From contig JAZDMO010000007.1 of NCBI GenBank assembly GCA_043800905.1, positions 1,627 to 65,626 of the forward strand: a stretch of DNA of 64,000 nucleotides, read 5' to 3'. The position numbers and the translations under genes are program-made. Source of the stretch: Patescibacteria group bacterium. Lineage in GTDB: Bacteria > Patescibacteriota > Minisyncoccia > Phycocordibacterales > UBA12079. The notes under the pieces are model-generated. The model made no database searches. It was given only the letters and a program-made list of their open reading frames with translations, and was not told the DNA's origin. This document shows, piece after piece, positions 58,839-64,000 of the stretch (position 1 is its first letter; each line of letters begins with the position of its first letter).

Positions 58839-60554
58839 ATGTTAAACAAAATAGGTTTAGGTAGTGTCCAAAATAGAATAATGAGGATCAAGGAACTTCG
58901 TCGCAATCAAAGAATTTTGATTTTATTAGTAATATTGATTTTGGCGGTGGTGTTATATCAACAGGTAGTCATCAAAGATATTTTAGAAGAAACTGTAATG
59001 ACTTCAGAGGCAAGACTGGTAGAAGTTTCTTCTGTTAAAGATTTAACACTTGATAATACTCCTTTACCTTTATTGGGAAAGGTTCAGTCTCAATCATCGG
59101 CAATAATTTATTCTCAGAGTGCTGGGGAGGTAATTGGTTTGTATAAAAAAGAAGGAGATTTTGTTTGGGCAGATCAAATCATCGGAGAAATAGATAATTG
59201 GGCTCAAAGATCAACTGTAATTCAAGCTGAAGCAAATGTTGAAATGGCAACTGCCCAACTGGAAAAAATTAAAAAAGGTGCTAGGGAAGAACAAATTTCT
59301 ATTCTAAAAGCCACTTTGAATAATTCCCAAAATTCTTTAAACGAAACTAAGGCATCGGTTATCAATACTTTAAATGATGCCTACGGAAAATCAGATGATG
59401 CTATTCGTAATAAAATAGATCCTATGTTTCGAGACCCTCGCAACGAGGCTCCGCAGTTACTTTTTTCTGTGAATGATTCTCAGTTAGAGATTGATTTGGA
59501 ATGGGGAAGAAGAATAATTGAAGAAATGTTGAAAGTTTGGGAAAAAGAATTAAGTGTTTTAAACACGGAAGCGGATTTAATTAAAGCTTTGAACACTGCA
59601 AAAGATAACGTGGATTCGGTGAGAACTTTTTTGGATAAAATGGCGACGGCTGTTAATGTGCTAACTCCTAATTCTAATTTATCAGAAACAACAATTGCTA
59701 CATGGAAAGCAAATGTAAGTGCTAGCCGATCGGTTATTAATTTGGTGGTGGCAAGTATTCCGGCTTCTATTAATTCTTTAAATGGAGCTAATTCATCTTT
59801 AAGTATCGCTCAATTAAATTATGAACAAGCTCTTTCTGGAGAGAGAACAGAAGATATCATCAGTGCTGAAGCTCAGTTAAAACAAGCGCAGGCAGGTTTA
59901 CAGGTGGCTTATTCTTCTTTAGAAAAAACTATTTTAAGAGCTCCGATTAGTGGAACCATTAATGATCTTGGTTTTGAAAAAGGTGACTTTGTATCAACCT
60001 ATGCTCCTTTGGTAACAATTGCGAATAATGCGAAACTTGAAATTGTTTCTTATATTACAGAAGTAGATCGAAGTGATATTCAGGTTGGAGCAAACGTTTT
60101 AGTTGGTAAAAAATGGAAGGGAACGGTAAAGACTATTGCTCCCGCTTTAGATTCTCAAACTAAAAAAATTAAAGTAGAAATTTCTTTGATTGATTCTGAT
60201 GTTCCTTTAACTAATGGACAATCTATTGCTTTGTTGGTTGAGAGGTTTGTTAAGAAAGAAGGTTCCTTAAGTGAATTTTCGGTGCCGATTTCTGCTATTA
60301 AAATTGGAGCTGATAACACGGTAGTTTTCACTATTAACAATGAAAATCGTTTGGTGGCCCATCCTGTTTTAACCGGTCCAATTTTAGGGGAAAAAATTAC
60401 TATTTTAGATGGAGTAACTGAAGATATGGTTATTGTGACGGACGCTCGTGGTTTGCGGGAAGGACAAGAGGTCGTTTTAGCTCCTTCTTTAGGAACCTCT
60501 AATCCAGAGAAAAAAGAAACAGATTCGACATTAAATAATCTAAATCAAAATTAA
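58839..60554 (+). CDS. RND efflux periplasmic adaptor (HlyD/MFP) with a long coiled coil
   Basis: N-terminal TM, lipoyl-like KEGDFV, LRAPISG, VPISAI, GLREGQEV. Confidence 0.87.
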   Translation: MLNKIGLGSVQNRIMRIKELRRNQRILILLVILILAVVLYQQVVIKDILEETVMTSEARLVEVSSVKDLTLDNTPLPLLGKVQSQSSAIIYSQSAGEVIGLYKKEGDFVWADQIIGEIDNWAQRSTVIQAEANVEMATAQLEKIKKGAREEQISILKATLNNSQNSLNETKASVINTLNDAYGKSDDAIRNKIDPMFRDPRNEAPQLLFSVNDSQLEIDLEWGRRIIEEMLKVWEKELSVLNTEADLIKALNTAKDNVDSVRTFLDKMATAVNVLTPNSNLSETTIATWKANVSASRSVINLVVASIPASINSLNGANSSLSIAQLNYEQALSGERTEDIISAEAQLKQAQAGLQVAYSSLEKTILRAPISGTINDLGFEKGDFVSTYAPLVTIANNAKLEIVSYITEVDRSDIQVGANVLVGKKWKGTVKTIAPALDSQTKKIKVEISLIDSDVPLTNGQSIALLVERFVKKEGSLSEFSVPISAIKIGADNTVVFTINNENRLVAHPVLTGPILGEKITILDGVTEDMVIVTDARGLREGQEVVLAPSLGTSNPEKKETDSTLNNLNQN

Positions 60555-60558
60555 TTTC

Positions 60559-63500
60559 ATGAAAGATTTTTGGACTTTTTTTATAAGAAAAAGAGCGTTC
60601 ACTAGTTTATTAGTTATTTCTTTAACAATTGCTGGGATTTTTTCTTTGGTTAAAATTACCAAAGAGTCATCTCCTGAAATTCAAATTCCTTTAGCGATTG
60701 TTTCTACTTTTTTACCAGGGTCTTCTGCTTACGATACGGAAAGATTAATTACGGATAAGATTGAAGACCAATTGATTAATAATCTTGATACTGTAAGTAA
60801 GGTATCTTCTACTTCGGGGGAAGGAATTTCTTCAATTACAGTAGAATTTAATGCTGATGCTGATATTCCTAGTTCAATTCAAAAGGTTAAAGATGAGGTA
60901 GATAAAGTTAAGGGAGAATTGCCAACTGAAGCTGAGGATCCTATTATTTCTGATATTAATTTTGCCGATCAGCCGATTTTAATGTTTTCTATTTCTAGCG
61001 ATTTACCAACAACCGAGTTTATTAAATTAGCTGATAATGTTGAAGCAAAATTAAAAACTGTTAGTGGTGTTTCTAAGTTAGGTATTAGTGGTATTCAAAA
61101 AAGAGAGGTACAAGTTATCGTTGATAAGGCAGCCTTATCTAAATTTAATTTAGGGATTTCTGATTTAGTTTCTGCTATTTCTCGCGCCAATAGTTCTATT
61201 CCGGTAGGAAATATTGAAATTTCTGGAATTAAATATCCGTTAAAATTTAAAGGAGATATTACCGATACCGCCGTGATTAAAGATATTCCGGTTTTGAATT
61301 TGGGAGGGGAAGTTATTTATGTTAGAGATTTAGCCTTTGTTTCAGATGGGGTTTCCCAACAAAATTCTTATTCTCGTATTAGCTTGGACGGAGAGCCTTC
61401 TCAACAAGCGGTTTCTTTCTCTGTTTATAAAAAACGTGGTGGAGATATTACTTCTATTGTGAATGGAGTAAAAAAATCTATAGAAGAAATGCAAAACGGT
61501 GGAATTTTAGAGGGATCCGAAGTTTTGTATTCGGTGGATATGGCAGAATATTTGAAAGACGATTTAAATAATCTTTCGGGTTCTGGTTTGGTAACCGTCT
61601 TTCTGGTGGTGATGATTTTGTATTTATCTATCGGTTGGCGAGAAGCTTTAATCGCTGGTTTAGCTATTCCATTTTCCTTCTTAATTGCCTTTATCGGTTT
61701 GTATTCTAGTGGAAACACTATTAATTTTATTTCTTTGTTTGCTTTGATTTTAGCGGTCGGAATTTTGGTCGATTCTGCCATTGTGGTAACGGAAGCGATG
61801 CACACCAAAATTAAAGATGGAATGGGTGGAAAAGAATCAGCTATCGCAACTATAAAAGAATTTTATATGTCTTTGACCTCAGGGACCATGACTACGGTGG
61901 CCGCTTTTTTCCCTTTATTTTTTCTGTCAGGAATTATGGGTAAGTTTGTGAGTGGAATTCCTTATACTTTGATTTTTGTTTTGTTTGCTTCTTTGTTTGT
62001 TGCTTTAGGAATTGTGCCTTTAATTGCCATGTTAGTTTTGAAAAAAAATGGAAATTCAAATGGTAAGTTGTTTAAATTCCAAACTAAATACAATAATCTT
62101 CTTAAAGATTGGTATGAAGTTCGCTTGAAAAATATTATTTTAAATCGAAAATTTCAAAATAAATTTTTATGGGCTATGGGAATAGCTTTGGTGTTATCTT
62201 TTATTTTACCTTTAAGTGGTTTATTAAAAACGACCTTATTTCCAGATGAAGATCAAAAGTTTATTTATGTAGATGTGGAGATGCCTCAAGGAACTGTTTT
62301 GGCAGAAACTGATATGGCGGTGCGAGCAGTAGAGGAAATTCTTTATAATCAACCTTTTATAGAATCTTTTGAAACTAGTGTTGGGGCAACAAATTCTTTC
62401 AGTAATTCAGGATCTAGTTCTGGTGAAAAATTTGGAAATATGACGGTGATTTTGCGTAAGGATAGGAGTAAAACCAGTTACGAAATTGTTGAAGTTTTAA
62501 GAAAAGAATTGGCTCCTATTAAAATTGCAAAGGTAATTGTTGCTCAGCCAGGAAGCGGGCCTCCTTCAGGAGCACCGATTACAATTAAATTTTTTGGAGA
62601 TGATTTAGATAATTTGGAAAAGGTTGTTTTTCAAGCAGGTGAGGTTTTGAAAGAAATTTCTGGGACTGTTGATGTGACCAATAGTATGGAAAATAATGTA
62701 ATTGAATTTGTTTTATCTATTGATAGGGCAAAGCTGGCAGAAAATAATCTTTCTCCTGTTTCTTTAGCACAGGTTTTAAGAACTTCTATTTATGGTGTCG
62801 ATGCTACAACTATTAAAACAGCTGGGGAAGATATTGATGTTTTGGTTAAATTAAATTTAAATTCAGAAAATATTGATCCCAGCTTAACTTCTCAAACAAC
62901 AGTAGATGCTATTCGCCAAATGGAAATTAGTACACCACAAGGAAAGGTTTTGTTGGGTTCTTTGCTGGATATTAGTTTAAGTAAAAATAATTCTTCGATT
63001 ATTCATGAAGATGGAGATCGAGTAGCGACTGTTTCCAGTCAGTTGGCAAAGGGGGCAAACGCTGTAGAAATTAATAAAGAATTTCAAAAAAAGATTGATG
63101 ATGGAACCTTATCTATTCCAGAAGGGATTAGGTTGAAGACTGGAGGAGAAAATGAAGATATTATGAAAACTTTTACTGAAATGTTAATGGCTTTAGTTGC
63201 TGGATTGCTTTTGGTGATTGTGGTTTTGATTTTACAATTTGATTCTTTCAAACAAACTTTCTTTATTGTGGTGGGAGTGATGATGTCATTGATCGGAGTT
63301 TTGGTCGGTTTGACTATTACAGGAAATGCTTTTTCTTTCCCTTCTTTTATTGGAGTGATTGCTTTGGCTGGAATTGTGGTAAATAATGCTATTATTTTGA
63401 TTGATACCATGAATTCTATGCGAATGGAAAAACCAGATTTAGAATTAGTTGAGGTGGTAATTCAATCTTCAATTACACGTTTGCGTCCAATTTTGTTAAC

Positions 63501-63651
63501 GACCTTAACTACTGTGATTGGTATGGTACCTTTGATTTTTGCTTCTAGTATGTGGGCTCCTTTGTCATTTTCAATTATCTTTGGACTTTCTTTTGCAACT
63601 GTGATTACTTTAATTTTGGTACCAGTTTTGTATGTGAGATATACGAAATAA
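60559..63651 (+). CDS. RND efflux permease (AcrB family)
   Basis: 1030 aa; GILVDSAIVVTE, GIVVNNAIILID, RLRPILLTTLTT, LILVPVLY. Confidence 0.95.
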   Translation: MKDFWTFFIRKRAFTSLLVISLTIAGIFSLVKITKESSPEIQIPLAIVSTFLPGSSAYDTERLITDKIEDQLINNLDTVSKVSSTSGEGISSITVEFNADADIPSSIQKVKDEVDKVKGELPTEAEDPIISDINFADQPILMFSISSDLPTTEFIKLADNVEAKLKTVSGVSKLGISGIQKREVQVIVDKAALSKFNLGISDLVSAISRANSSIPVGNIEISGIKYPLKFKGDITDTAVIKDIPVLNLGGEVIYVRDLAFVSDGVSQQNSYSRISLDGEPSQQAVSFSVYKKRGGDITSIVNGVKKSIEEMQNGGILEGSEVLYSVDMAEYLKDDLNNLSGSGLVTVFLVVMILYLSIGWREALIAGLAIPFSFLIAFIGLYSSGNTINFISLFALILAVGILVDSAIVVTEAMHTKIKDGMGGKESAIATIKEFYMSLTSGTMTTVAAFFPLFFLSGIMGKFVSGIPYTLIFVLFASLFVALGIVPLIAMLVLKKNGNSNGKLFKFQTKYNNLLKDWYEVRLKNIILNRKFQNKFLWAMGIALVLSFILPLSGLLKTTLFPDEDQKFIYVDVEMPQGTVLAETDMAVRAVEEILYNQPFIESFETSVGATNSFSNSGSSSGEKFGNMTVILRKDRSKTSYEIVEVLRKELAPIKIAKVIVAQPGSGPPSGAPITIKFFGDDLDNLEKVVFQAGEVLKEISGTVDVTNSMENNVIEFVLSIDRAKLAENNLSPVSLAQVLRTSIYGVDATTIKTAGEDIDVLVKLNLNSENIDPSLTSQTTVDAIRQMEISTPQGKVLLGSLLDISLSKNNSSIIHEDGDRVATVSSQLAKGANAVEINKEFQKKIDDGTLSIPEGIRLKTGGENEDIMKTFTEMLMALVAGLLLVIVVLILQFDSFKQTFFIVVGVMMSLIGVLVGLTITGNAFSFPSFIGVIALAGIVVNNAIILIDTMNSMRMEKPDLELVEVVIQSSITRLRPILLTTLTTVIGMVPLIFASSMWAPLSFSIIFGLSFATVITLILVPVLYVRYTK

Positions 63652-63772
63652 ATATATAAAAGCTTGATAAAAAATAAAAAAGCGATAATTTTAAATTATC
63701 GCTTTTTTATTATTCCATTTTTAGAAGTAAAACCTTCGCCTTTAGGTGATTATTCAAACATTTTTTTAAAAT

Positions 63773-64000
63773 CTGGATTCCACCCAAGCCTACCTGCCCC
63801 CGCCTGCCGGCGTGCAGGGGCAGGCAAGGCGGACAGGTGCCACACAAGGTTTTTTGATTTTTCTTCAAAAATCAAAAAACTGTATAATTATGACGACCGT
63901 CATAATTATACAGTTTGTTTTTTTTGCTAGACCTGTCTACTGGCAGGCAGGCTTGGGTGGAATTCCGCCTCTAACCGTCTCTGCGAGCTTGCGAAGCAGT
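63773..64000. repeat. Nested REP-like array (runs off the window)
   Basis: CTGGATT[CCACCCAAGCCTACCTGCCCCCGCCTGCCGGCGTGCAGGGGCAGGCAAGGCGGACAGGT]GCCAC; near-copy of 58537-58606. Confidence 0.87.

Overview
AT-rich bacterial window whose gene content (tiny intergenic spaces, a type IV pilus/competence block without a secretin, a TraD/VirD4-like ATPase, lamin-tail protein, DUF4015 hydrolase) suggests a Patescibacteria/CPR (Parcubacteria-like) genome; the taxonomy is inferred, not proven. In order: 3' part of serS; a small decayed accessory patch (recombinase remnant, NYN remnant, DUF262-HNH nuclease, SppA, HTH-Panacea antitoxin plus RelE-like toxin, TMTC-like glycosyltransferase); comF-pilMNO(P)-pilB-pilT-pilC; an insertion-broken four-helix-bundle gene; eight prepilin genes around pilD; ligA, gatCA; five tRNAs; rsmI; a ~23 kb surface-glycan locus with Wzm/Wzt; and an RND efflux pair. 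The main signal is in three prepilin genes, whose leader peptides are built from tandem, in-frame modules of exactly 105 bp (three sequence types A/B/C, six copies in orders AB, C and BAC). Each module has co-varying terminal inverted repeats and regenerates a G|F prepilin-cleavage motif. Several families of palindromic (REP/MITE-like) repeats also invade intergenic DNA and sit in-frame inside proteins, and many genes look leaderless. All product calls come from motif recognition, not database searches.
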